Assembly (NCBI RefSeq): GCF_039654945.1
Contig: NW_027361684.1
Span: 32,240,001-32,304,000 of the forward strand
From: Dendrobates tinctorius
Lineage: Eukaryota
DNA: 64,000 bases
Direction: 5' to 3'
The notes below the pieces were generated by a model. That model searched no databases. It saw only the letters and a program-made list of their open reading frames with translations, and was not told the DNA's origin. Position 1 is the first letter of the stretch; every line of letters begins with the position of its first letter. Below, piece by piece: positions 1-11,199 of the stretch. Made by a program: the position numbers and the translations under genes.

Positions 1-790
1 TGCCTAAACAGTGGAAACCCCCATAAGTGACACCATTTTGGAAACTAGACCCCCCAAGGAACTTATCTAGATGTGTGGTGAGAACTTTCAACCCCCTGGT
101 GTTTCACTAAAGTTTATAACGCCCGGGTGTGAAAATAAAAAATCATATTTTTTCCACAAATATGATCTTTTAGTCCCCAATTTTTTATTTTCCCATGGGT
201 AACAGGAGAAATTGGACCCCAAAAGTTGTTGTCCAATTTGTCCTAAGTACGCTGACACCCCATATGTGGGGGTGAACCACTGTTTGGACACACAGCAGAG
301 CTCGGAAGGAAAGGAGCGCAGTTTGACTTTTTTAAAACAAAATTGGCTGGAATTGAGATCGGACGCCATGTCGCCTTTGGAGAGCCCCTGATGTGCCTAA
401 ACAGTGGAAACCCCCCACAAGTGAAACCATTTTGGAAACTAGACCCCCTAAGGAACTTATATAGATGTGTGGTGAGCACTTTTAATCCCCAAGTGCGTCA
501 CAGAAGTTTATAAAAAAATCATATTTTTTCACAAAAATGATCTTTTTGCCCCCAAATTTTTATTTTCCCAAGGGTAACAGTAGAAATTCAACCCCAAAAG
601 TTGTCCAATTTGTCCTGAGTACGCCGATACTCTATATGTGAGGGTAAATCACTGTTTGGGCGCACAGCAGAGCCTGGAAAGGAAGGAGCACCGTTTGACT
701 TTTCCAAAGCAGAATTGGCTGGAATTGAGATCGGATGCCATGTCACGTTTGTAGAGCCCCTTATGTGCCTAAACAGTGGAAACCCCCCAA
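1..790 (+). repeat. ~390-bp tandem satellite units
   Basis: Marker GGAACTTAT.TAGATGTGTGGTGAG recurs at ~58 and ~452; GGAATTGAGATCGG recurs at ~349 and ~721. Confidence 0.85.
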
Positions 791-792
791 TT

Positions 793-1062
793 CTAACTCC
801 AACCCTAACCCCAACACACCCCTAACCCTAATCCCAGCTCTAACCATAACCCTAACCACAAACCTAACTCTAACACACCCCTAACCCTAATCCCAACCCT
901 AACCCTAATCCCAACCCTAACCCTAATCTAAACCCTAACTTCAACTCTAGCCCCAACCCTAACCTTAACTTTAGCCCCAACCCTAACCATAACTTTAGAC
1001 CCAACCCTAACCCTATCTTTAGCCCCAAACCTAACCCTAACTTTAGCCCAACTCTAACCCTA
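793..1062 (+). repeat. Degenerate telomere-like (CCCTAA)n tract
   Basis: Many CCCTAA, CCCCAA, CCATAA and CTCTAA hexamers. Confidence 0.9.
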
Positions 1063-1666
1063 ATGTGAAAATGGAAATAAAACCTTTTTTAATATTATTA
1101 TTTTTCCCTAACTAAGGGGATGGTAAAGGGAGGTTTGATTTACTATTTTTTTTATTTTGATCACTGTGATAGGGTCTATCACAGTGATTAAAATGAACCA
1201 ATAGGAACAAATCTCCTATTGTTGCTGGGTGCCGGCTGGCAGATCTCGGCGGGTGCACTGTTCATGTGCCCACCATGTTCTCCCGGAAGAAGCTGGTGGC
1301 CTGGGGACTTCAGGGGTGCCTGCAGGGACAACGGAGGTACCGGGGGAAGATCGGGGACCCTATTTCTCTCTCCTCTGATGTGCAATCACATCAGAGGAGA
1401 GAGAAATTAAATGGCACATCGGACTTTTTTTGCGCTCGCCGTTATACTGTTAATAATGGCGATCGCAACATCGGGGTTGGTAAAAACCGACTTGAATCAT
1501 GTTCTCTGGCATCTCGGCTACCCCCGGCAACCGAGATCCCAGAGAAATTCCGACGGAGGGGGCGCTGTAACCTCAAACCTCAGCGCCGTTAAAAAGCAGT
1601 GCTGTGGTTTAAGTACCCTTAACTACCGCCGTTAAAACGTGTATCGGCGGTTATTAAGGGGTTAAA

Positions 1667-1902
1667 TGTAACTCTCATCATTCTCCCCTGCTCACGCCGA
1701 TCGCCGGTAGAGCAGAGGAGAATGACGAGAGCTGTGTTCAGCATCCAGCGCCGGGGAACAGCGCTTACTGCAAAGCCTCTTCCCTGGCGGCCATCCGTGT
1801 GGTAGTGATGCAGCACATGCATGCCACATGTGTGCTGCAAGTATTACACACACGGACACTGACATCTCCGGTACAATAAATATCAGGACGTGTGAAAGAG
1901 GC
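1667..1902. mobile_element. Right end of a Harbinger-type MITE
   Basis: Ends in GTGTGAAAGAGGC, resembling the GGCT...CACAC termini at 46225 and 49056. Confidence 0.45.
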
Positions 1903-2992
1903 ACACGCTAAAAGACGCTTTTTATTGTAAAAAAAAATAGTTTTTACATCACCACATTTTGAGAGATATAATTTTGCATATTTTGGCCCACAGAGTCATG
2001 TGAGGTCTTGTTTTTGCAGGACAAGCTGACTTTTCTATTGGTACCATTTTCGGGCACATGACTTTTTTTGATCGCTTTTTATTACGATTTTTGGGAGGCA
2101 GAATGAACAAAAACTAGCAATTCATGAATTTCTTTTGGGGGGGTGTTTATACCATTCCGCGTGTGGTAAAATTGATAAAGTGGTTTTATTCTTCAGGTTA
2201 TATCATTTTTATGTTTTGGTGCTTTTATACAATAAAAACTATTTTATATAAAAAATAATTATTTTTGCATCGCTTTATTCTGAGAGCTCTAACTGTTTTT
2301 TTTTTGCTTATGATGCTGTATGGTGGCTCGTTTTTTGCGAGACAAGATGACGTTTTTAGCGGTACCACGTTTATTTATATCTGTCTTTTTGATAGGCGGT
2401 ATCATGATAAAGCATTGTTTTTTTGCCTTTGCCTTGTTTTTTTTCATAGGGTTCACTAAAGGGGTTAACTAGTGTGACAGTTTTATAGGTTGGGTCGTTA
2501 CGGACGCAGTGATACCAAATATGTGTACTTTTGTTGTTTATATTTTTTTCATTCAAATATTTATTTATTGATATAATAAATATTGATTTTTTTATTATAA
2601 TTTTTTTAAAAAAAATATTTTTGCAATTATTTAAAAAAAAATTTGTTTCATTCTTACTTTTACACTTTGTTCCTCTATGGGACACTCATTTTGTGCAGGC
2701 TGATCGCTTATATGGCATGCAGATGAAGCAGCATCTGGATGCCATATAAGCTGTCAGTGCTACACTTTCTGCACACTGACTTGTGAGACTTCCTGACATG
2801 CTCTGCGTATGACAGGAAGTTTCTTAGCTCTGGTAACCCAAATGTTGTCATGACATCATCGGGTTATCATAGCAGCAATCGGGACCCCGCGTTACGCTGC
2901 GGGGTCTCCAATCCAAAGGCAGAGAGGCTCTCAGCCCCTCTGCCGGCACCAGAACGCTGCAATCTTGTTTGATCACAGCAGGAATAGTGTAC
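1903..2992 (+). mobile_element. AT-rich tail segment of another TTAA-element copy, cut off by a Gypsy LTR
   Basis: Collinear with 38600-39093 plus 40002-40310 (e.g. TTTTTATTG.AAAAAATAGTTTTT.CATCACCACATTTTGAGAG; GTGCAGGCTGATCGCTTATATGGCATGCAGAT). Confidence 0.75.
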
Positions 2993-3434
2993 TGTAACGG
3001 GGTCTTCTGTGCTGTAATACCTCTTACATTACCACCCCGTTTCTTAGAATGTCCACTCTGCTTTTCCTCACTTCTGTATGAAGGGCGCTGGCTCGAAAGG
3101 CTTTGTAACATGGGAACATATAAAAGATCACTGCTTCTTCACATATTTCCAATGTGACAACATTTTACTCATCGGTCTCAGAATATATATAGATACAGAG
3201 AATAGGACTATCAATATGTGGCGGGCCAGTAGATAACAGGCTCCAATTAAGACGCCAGACGTTCAATACAATAGCCATGGGATTTACAAAGGTGGGGGGA
3301 GGTCAGAAGTGGGATATCTCGTTTACCTCTGCCCAGGGGGCCAGCGGGTCGGTTGCTGCATTAAGGGCATACATCTCACATTACACCTATCGTACATGCA
3401 TCTCCTATTTGGGGTGCTGGGGGGTTCTGTAACA
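2993..3434 (-). repeat. 3' LTR of Gmr1-like element 1
   Basis: Direct repeat of 9217-9658 with about 22 substitutions by eye. Confidence 0.92.
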
Positions 3435-3450
3435 TGGCTCCCCCTTTTCA
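3435..3450 (-). promoter_or_regulatory. Polypurine tract
   Basis: TGAAAAGGGGGAGCCA on the minus strand, abutting the 3' LTR. Confidence 0.8.
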
Positions 3451-3605
3451 GCGACGCGATTGGCATACACAGTCTGATCCTTAACGGATCGGTTTGTGGA
3501 TTACCAGAGTCTATGGGGTTGGTACAAGTTCCGTTTGTCGACTTAGTCTATCGACGTTACCATTTTGTTTGCCGGGCTGTAGTGGATAGTGAAGTCTAGA
3601 GGTTG

Positions 3606-4785
3606 AAACCAAATGACCTGTTTACCAGCAAATACCACAAAGAAACGGTAGAAAATTAAAAAAATTATATAACAGAAATCATTTAAGGTTCCTATTTCCA
3701 ACGTTTAAAAGTGGATGCTAATGGAAGAATGGTAGACCATTCGAGGGAAACTTACATACCGAACCACAAGGAAAAAGCACGAATATATGGTCAATAATAA
3801 AAATATTTAAAATAATTAAAATATTTAAACATAAATGAGATTTAAAATACCTTTATTATATAATAGTGGTACATATATATAGAAAAGCAATGTGTGCACT
3901 GATTGATTAAAATATATACCTGTATAGGTTTAATAAACAACATACACAACGGTCCACATATATGAAAAAATGTAATTACACCATTTTATAAAATACTTGT
4001 CCTATGGAAAAGTGACATGAAATATAAAGAGCCAAACCTGGTATGTCTAGGCTCAAACAAAGTGTCAGTGTATTCAAGGCAAAAGTGCAAGAGTGCAATA
4101 TAAGCCAACAACAGTGGAATGTTCATCCAAATGTGCAAAATAAAAATGCTGAGTGCAAAAAAATGGGAATGGAAGTGAACAAGGACAAATGAGGGTGTAT
4201 ACCTTTAAGGGCCGCTGGTAAACGAGCAACACAGCCCCGATGCGCGTTTCAGAATGAATCCTTCATCAGGGGGTAAAGGATTCATTCCGAAACGTGCGTC
4301 GGAGCTGTGTTGCTCGTTTACCAGCGGCCCTTAAAGGTATACACCCTCATTTGTCCTTGTTCACTTCCATTCCCATTTTTTTGCACTCAGCATTTTTATT
4401 TTGCACATTTGGATGAACATTCCACTGTTGTTGGCTTATATTGCACTCTTGCACTTTTGCCTTGAATACACTGACACTTTGTTTGAGCCTAGACATACCA
4501 GGTTTGGCTCTTTATATTTCATGACACTTTTCCATAGGACAAGTATTTTATAAAATGGTGTAATTACATTTTTTCATATATGTGGACCATTGTGTATGTT
4601 GTTTATTAAACCTATACAGGTATATATTATAATCAATCAAAGCACACATTGCTTTTCTATATATATGTACCACTATTATATAATAAAGGTATTTTAAATC
4701 TCATTTATGTTTAAATATTTTAATTATTTTAAATATTTTTTTTATTGACCATATATTCGGGTTTTTTCCTTGTGGTTCGGTATGT
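3606..4785. mobile_element. Penelope-like fold-back insertion (~514-bp inverted arms) in Gypsy RNase H
   Basis: Arms 3750-4263 and 4276-4789. 14-bp TSD AAGTCTAGAGGTTG at 3592-3605 and 4786-4799. Hammerhead motif at the centre. Removing it restores RWSLALQPLDFTIHY. Confidence 0.8.
4235..4273 (-). ncRNA. Minimal type I hammerhead ribozyme motif
   Basis: CCCC-CTGATGA-AGGATTCATTCT-GAAAC-GCGC-ATC-GGGG; the partial mirror copy reads TCC-GAAAC-GTGC-GTC-GGAG. Confidence 0.7.
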
Positions 4786-4799
4786 AAGTCTAGAGGTTG

Positions 4800-5845
4800 T
4801 AGGGCTAAACTCCACCGCAGTAATCTGGCGTTGTCTCCAGAGACCCGATTAAGCCACACTAGGGGATTATGGTCCGTTAAGAGAGAAAACTGTCATCCAT
4901 ACAAATATGGTTGTAACTTCTTGAGTGCCAGGCACTCCTTCTCGATGGCCACTTAGCTTACTTCGCGGGGCAATAGTTTCTGACTCAGGTAAGCTACCGG
5001 GTGGTCTTGACCGTCCTGCCCGACTTGGCTCAGCACTGCCCCCAATCCAAACATAGAAGCGTCTGTGTGAACAAGGAAACGTTTAGCTGGATAGGGTGCG
5101 GCCAATACCGAGGTATTTGTGAGGGCGTCCTTTAGCTGGCGGAAGGCTTCCTCACACTCGGGGGTCCAGGTTACCTGGGAGGGAGGTTCTTACGGGTCAG
5201 ATCAGTGAGGGGCTTGGCTATGCTGCTGTAATTGGGGACAAATTTCCTATAATACCCTGCTGTCCCTAGAAACGCCATGACCTGGGTTTTAGTGCGTGGG
5301 GTGGGCCATTTGCCTATGGCCTCAATCTTGGCTGGCTCTGGTCGCTGTTTCCCACTTCCCACCCAATGTCCTAAATATTGAACCTCTGCTTTGCCCATGT
5401 GACACTTGTTGAGGTTCAAGGTGATTCCGGCCTTGTGGATCCTGTCCAATACTGTCTCTAGGTGATTTAGACGCTAATCCCATGTCGCGCTGTAGATGGC
5501 GATGTCATCCAGGTAGGCACAAGCATAGTCCTGGAGACCATCCAGAAGCCGGTCAGCCAGCCTCTGGAAGGTCGCAGGGGCATTCTTCATCCCAAATGGC
5601 ATAACTCGAAACTGGAATAAGCCGAACGAGGTGAAAAATGCAGACTTGGAAATAGCGTCAGGACTTAGGGGGATCTGCCAATAGCCTTTGCATAAATCGA
5701 TGGTGGTCAAATACTTTGCCCCCGCCAGCTGATCTAACAGCTCATCCACACGCGGCATGGGATACGCATCCGTCACCGTTTTCTCATTTAGCTTGCGATA
5801 GTTTACACAAAACCGGGTAGGTCCCATCCTTCTTGGGCACTAACA
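4800..5845 (-). pseudogene. Gypsy reverse transcriptase / RNase H (disrupted)
   Basis: RFCVNYRKLN, DLCKGYWQ, MPFGMKNAPATFQR, YLDDIAIYS, FLGTAGYYRKF; interrupted by stops and frameshifts. Confidence 0.9.
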
Positions 5846-7621
5846 CTACGGGGGATGCCCAGGGACTGACTCTTCAATGGCCCCTAAATGCAATATCTCT
5901 TGTATCTCTTGTCGCATCCCTTCTCGTACAGACTCAGGGACGCAGAAGGGGGGTTGTCTCAGGGGGGTCTGATCCTGGGTCTCAACCTTGTGATGTGCCA
6001 GGCGGGTGTACCCCGATCTCTCTGAAAACATCCTCTGTCGCTGCCTCAACAACACCTCCGCCTGCTGTGTCTCCCGGGGCCCTAGGTTTTCTCCCAAGTG
6101 TACCTGGTCCCCTGTTTTAGACTGAGTCCTCTCCCCTAAGAGATCAGGCAAGGGGAGTCCTGCTAAATCCTCTGCTTTGGGTGCACAGATGGCCACTACC
6201 TCTTCAAGGCACTCCTGGTAGGGCTTCAGCATATTCACGTGGAACACGCAGATAACCCTGGGGTCGTCACAATCTGCGACATTGTAGGTGGTGTCGGCTA
6301 TTTTCCCCACTACCTGGTAGGGCCCATGCCATACAGCTTTGAACTTGTTCTGCCTAGTTGGTTCTAACACCAGGACCTTCTGTCCTATCTCAAAGGTGCG
6401 TTCTCTGGCCCTCCGATCGTACCAGACGCGCTGGCGCAGTTGGACTGCCTGCATGTTCCCACGTACAGCCTGAGTCAGCTCCTGTAGGCGGTCCCGGAAT
6501 TCCAACACATAGGGCACAATAGGTATCCCTTCTATGGTTTCCTCCCCTTCCCAGTGTTCTCGCACTAAGTCTAGGGGTCTCTTTACCCGCCTCCCGTATA
6601 GCAGTTCAAACAGGGAGAACCCCGTGGATTCTTGGGGCACCTCCCGATAGGCAAACAGGAGGTGTGGCAAGAATTTCTCCCAGGCCCTGTAGGTCCTGGT
6701 AAAAGTCCCAATGAGTTGTTTTAATGTTCCGTTAAAACGTTCACACAACCCATTGGTTTGTGGGTGGTACGGGGCGCTTCTAATGGACTTTACGCCACAC
6801 AGCTTCCACAGTTGGTTGGTCACCTCTGCTGTAAACTGGGTACCCTGGTCCGAGATAACCTCCTGGGGAAATCCAACCCGTGAGAAAACCTGGAGCAGGG
6901 CAGCCGCCACCGTCTCTGCCAGTATGTTAGGTAATGCAACCGCCTCTGGGTACCTTGTGGTATAATCTACCACTGTCAATATATACTTTTTCCCTGACGG
7001 ACTGGGTTTGGCTAACGGCCCTATCAGATCGACCGCTACTCTGCTAAATGGCTCCTCCACAATGGGGAGGGGGTGTAATGTGGCCTTGCAGTAATCTCCC
7101 CTCTTGCCAATGTGCTGGCAACTGTCACAGGTCTGGCAGTACTGATGAATATCATAGGTTACCCCCGGCCAAAAGAAGTTTTGTGTTAGACGATGCCTGG
7201 GGCGACTGACGCCGAGGTGCCCGGCTAAGGGTATGTCATGAGGGATTCGCAGTAGCTCCTGCATATACTTCTTGGGAACTACCAGCTGTCGTTTTATAGT
7301 GGGGCTCATCCCTGTGTGGCGCTGCTCTGTAACCTGGTAGAGGAGTCCCTGATGCCATACAAACTGTTCTACTTTCAGTACTCCTATTCCCTCCTGTGCC
7401 TTCCCACGATACCCCTGTAATGAGGGATCCTCAAGTACCTCCCTTTTAAACTCAGCTGGGGTGGCCCAAGAAATGTGTCTGGCTATGGGAATACGTGTAG
7501 GGCTGGGGTGTCTTACCTGGGCCTCCTCTGAGTGTGATTCCGCCTCCGCAGCTCGAGCTTGTCTTTGGGTGGTCACAGGATAGGTCTCAGCCAGAGGAGC
7601 GACCGAGAATGCAGACAACAT
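5846..7621 (-). pseudogene. Gypsy integrase (H2C2 + rve core) running into the RT N-terminus
   Basis: HDIPLAGHLG...CQTCDSCQ, VAVDLIGPL, ISDQGTQF, YHPQTNGLCERFN; C-terminal part is the start of RT. Confidence 0.92.
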
Positions 7622-7890
7622 GGCCCCAAGTCATTTCCCAGCAAGACGTCTGCAGGCAAATCCTCCATCAGGCCGACTTCAACAAGGCCATCCCCGACTC
7701 CCCAGTTCAGGTGAATCCTGGCAGTGGGCAGTCAATGTATGGCTCCCCCTGCTACACGAACGGCCACTGTCCGGTCCGTCTTCCCTTGTTCCCTACGATA
7801 TGAGGCTTCACAAGGGTTAAAGTTGCTCCGGAATCTCTTAGTCCCTGCATACATTTCCCATTAACCCACACCGCCTGTCGATGCTGTTGT
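7622..7890 (-). pseudogene. Aspartic protease
   Basis: Minus strand reads GLRDSGATLTLV near 7815-7845. Confidence 0.7.
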
Positions 7891-7966
7891 CAGTTATCTG
7901 TCCGGGCAGCCTGCATGGGGTCTACTTCATGCAGCACTTCCTCCATCTCTTTCATCCCCGGATTAG

Positions 7967-9165
7967 TCATAGCCCCCAATGCCGGGTCAGCTTCACCCTG
8001 GTAGTAGTGTACAGCGGCCCTTTGACCACTGGGTACGCTGAGTCTGGTTGGGACATTGTCTTTGCAGGTGGCCCAGCTGATGGCAGGTGTGGCATCGCAC
8101 CCCAGGGGGACTCTGGTAAGCCGGGGTTTTTAGCTGGTCCCCCGACAATCTTCTGTGGTTTAGGGGCCTCCAGACCCATGGGATGGCCCCTAGTGACAGT
8201 CTTTGATCCTGACAACTGAGACCTCCTGGCATCATGATGTTCATCGGCCAGACGAGCGGCCTCCTCAAGAGTCATTGCCCATCTGTCCCAAAGCCATTCT
8301 TGTGTCTCGGGGTTTAGTCCAGTAAAGAATTGCTCTAACAAGAAGAGCTGGAGGACGTCCTCCTTAGTGGTTCCTTGGCTCCCTTGTACCCACTGTAGCA
8401 GTGACCGCCGTAGTTTACAGGCCCATTCAGTGTGGGTATCTGTTACCTGTTTTATAAGTCCGCTGAACTTTTGGCGGTATGTCTCTGGTGTCAGCGCATA
8501 CCGGGCCAAGATCACTTCTTTGACCCGCTCATAGTCCATACAGTTCTCATCAGGTACCGTGCGATAGGCGTCCACTGCCCGGCCTGTCAGCTTGCTGGCC
8601 AGAACCTAAACCCAATCCTTCGGCTTCACTTGATGAAGGGCACACTGCTGCTCAAAGTCCTGCAGAAAGCCATCAATGTCTTCCTCTGCCTCCCCCAACA
8701 GTCGGAAGGCATTATACTGGATTTTTTTTGGCTTACTGCTGATGGTACCTGGGCGGAGGCCAGAGCTCCCCCTGCTCGCTAACTCTCCTCTCTCCGCTCT
8801 GCCATCTTCATCTTTGCTAGCTCTATCTTGGCTAGATCTATCTTTGTCCGCTCTGCCATCTCCATCTTGGCTAGCTCTATCCTGGTCCGCTCTGCCATCT
8901 TTTCCTTCAGATCAGTATGCACATCGGCCATCACCTCTCGTACGATCTCTACTGCAGGGTTTGGGCCATAGAACACCAGTCTGCTCTTTACCTCCCTCCC
9001 CTGGAATTCAGTCTCTTCCACGTTCACATTGGGAGGCTGTGCACTGTCGTGTTCCATGATGGCTGCTATCAAATCGGCTTTTGTTTTGTTGCTGACGATT
9101 AACCCTCGAACTTCCACCAGGTCTTTTAATGTATTCCTCTTTAACTTCTGGTAGTTGTTTTCCAT
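7967..9165 (-). pseudogene. Gag with N-terminal SAP/HeH-like motif, coiled coil, SCAN-like capsid domain and CCHC knuckle (frameshifted)
   Basis: LKRNTLKDLVEVRGL...KADLIAAI; YERVKEVILARYALTPETYRQKF...LLEQFFTGL; CHTCHQLGHLQRQC. Confidence 0.85.
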
Positions 9166-9197
9166 TCAGTCCTTTACTCCTATAGACGGGGTATCAT

Positions 9198-9215
9198 ATC
9201 CCGCCGCTGCCACCA
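9198..9215 (-). promoter_or_regulatory. Primer binding site, tRNA-Leu
   Basis: TGGTGGCAGCGGCGGGAT, 1 nt from the 5' LTR; complementary to the vertebrate tRNA-Leu(AAG) 3' end as recalled. Confidence 0.8.
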
Positions 9216-9216
9216 G

Positions 9217-9658
9217 TGTAACGGGGTCTTCTGTGCTGTAATACCTCTTACATTACCACCCCGTTTCTCAGGAGGTCCACTGTGCTTTTCCTCACTTCTG
9301 TATGAAGGGCGCTGGCTCGAAAAGCTTTGTAACATGGGAACATATAAAAGATCACTGCTTCTCCACGTATTTCCAGTGTGACAACATTTTACTCATCGGT
9401 CTCAGAATATATATAGATACAGAGGACAGGACAATCAATATGTGGCGGGCCAGTAGATAACAGGCTCCAATTAAGACGCCAGATGTACATAACAATAGCC
9501 GTGGGATTTACAAAGGTGGGGGGAGGTCAGAAGTGAGATATCTCGTTTACCTCTGCCCAGGGGGACAGCGGGTCAGTTGCTGGATTAAGGGCATACATCT
9601 CACATTACTCCTATCGTACATGCATCTCCTATTTGGGGTGCTGGGGGATTCTGTAACA
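9217..9658 (-). repeat. 5' LTR of Gmr1-like element 1
   Basis: Direct repeat of 2993-3434; adjacent to the PBS. Confidence 0.92.
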
Positions 9659-9668
9659 CGGGCTGCTA

Positions 9669-9770
9669 GGGACATGAGCACAATATTCGGAACAGCAGAG
9701 TGCCATAAATACCCTTTGTGGGACGTGAGCTCAATTTTTGGGACAACAGAGTGCCGTAAATACCCTTTGT
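9669..9770. repeat. 51-bp imperfect tandem duplication
   Basis: GGGAC.TGAGC.CAAT.TT.GG.ACA.CAGAGTGCC.TAAATACCCTTTGT twice. Confidence 0.75.
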
Positions 9771-10049
9771 GTGATTCCATCTAATGGCCAAGGGCAACCT
9801 CGAGATGAACGTCGGGGGCAAGGGACACACTCAGCTTGCGAAGCTAGATGAAAGACCACGAGGGGCGGAAAGTATTGCAATCCAGAAATGCTGTCAGAGG
9901 TGAGGAAGATCCCCAAGGACTAGGAAAGCCAGAGAGGGGGGATATGCCAGGACTGAGACACCCATTGCCTGTGGGATGCCAGAGTGAGTGCGGACTAAAG
10001 CTCACCAATGACTACCTCGCTTGGGCATCTTACACATGCAGCAAACACA

Positions 10050-10305
10050 GCTAAGGAGAGAGTGGCCTCAGGAGATAAGAAAGAAAATTATAGACAGACA
10101 TGTTAAGATAAAGGCTATAAAACCATTTCCAAACAGCTTGTTGTTCCTGTTACTACAATTGCACATATTATTCAGAAGTGTAAGGTCTATGAACTGTAGA
10201 CAATCTCCCTATACATGGATGGAAGAGTAAAATTTGAAGAGACAAATAATATGAATGGTAATTAAACCACCCAGAACAACTTCCAAAGAGATTAAAGGTG
10301 AACTA
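10050..10305 (+). pseudogene. Tc1 transposase N-terminal fragment
   Basis: Frameshifted EIRKKIIDRH...KGYKTISKQLVVPVTTIAHIIQK (paired-like HTH). Confidence 0.7.
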
Positions 10306-11159
10306 ACTTTTGTAAGACTTTTTTATGTGTAGGACAAAGTTGTATGTAGCATAGAAGCATACTATGCGGGTGATGTGAGGTCCCTAGATAAAGGAGACCC
10401 TGGCTTGGTTGGCATATTTTTTTATTTGTATGAATGTTGAGGATGTGTGCAGGAATTTCTTCTCCATAAATTCTACAACTTTATTAAACAAGACCTTGGG
10501 TAATGGGTTATGATCGTGGTGCTGTTAACCTATTATATTGTTCAACATGGGTCCTTTCTCCTTTATGTATAGCCCTGGTGTAATGCTGCCAAGAAAGAAA
10601 ATAGTTCAATATCGTCTTAACAGAAAAGAAAAAGCTTGATCTAGCCAAAAAAGAACAAAAGAGGAAGGCCTAAACGCAAAAGTACAAATGCATCAGGGTC
10701 TGCAGTCTAAGAAACAAACATTACAGATTCGAAACTGGCAACTGACTAGAAGAAAATCAAGCAAGCATCCCACAATCATAGCTTCAAATGAAAAAGTCTT
10801 AAAAATGTGCAGACTTATAGTGTTTTTACAACAATTGCTGTCCATTAATCAGCATAGGGTAATTATACAGTTATTAACAAATTGCTAAAAGGCAAATAAT
10901 CCATAACTAAACACCATAAAAATTCACTTTTAATTGTACTAATTAAAGGAAGATTATTAAAATATGTGTCAGTCAGTGTGTATCTCTAAGGACACAAAAT
11001 ACTGTTCATTAGGCAAACATCCTAAATATTGTCAGAGTCCTAAAAAGTAAACCTCTTTCAGGGGGTAAGATAATTTGGTGCAGCCGTTACATATATCCTT
11101 TTACTGGGTATACCCCATTAACACACTGACTAGCATAATTAAAACTAGATACTAAGCCT

Positions 11160-11199
11160 CCCCAACATTTTTCACCAGGTAGACTGGCGTCATCAGGGG
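11160..11199 (-). ncRNA. Degenerate hammerhead motif in a probable old Penelope-like remnant (~10850-11215)
   Basis: CCC-CTGATGA-CGCCAG-TCTAC-CTGGT-GAAA-AATGTT-GGGG. Confidence 0.5.

Larger units (their letters stand above)
1..1661 (+). mobile_element. Right part of a non-autonomous TTAA-flanked (piggyBac-like) element with satellite units, CCCTAA tract and GC-rich tail
   Basis: Ends in ...TAAGGGG followed by TTAA (1662-1665), complementary to the TTAA|CCCCTT starts at 37032 and 60622. Same satellite and CCCTAA modules as 53434-57164. Confidence 0.75.
2993..9658 (-). mobile_element. Gmr1-like Ty3/Gypsy LTR retrotransposon, degenerate
   Basis: Two 442-bp TG...CA LTRs, tRNA-Leu PBS, PPT, and gag(SCAN)-PR-INT-RT-RH on the minus strand. 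Confidence 0.93.

Noticed and set aside
88-479. Recurrent short ORFs in satellite units (also 37675-38293, 54012-56197, 61056-63847)
   Set aside because: Frames and stops are not conserved between units; no domain motifs.
793-1062. True telomere or chromosome-fusion scar
   Set aside because: Short, degenerate, single orientation, and present at the same position in three copies of one element.
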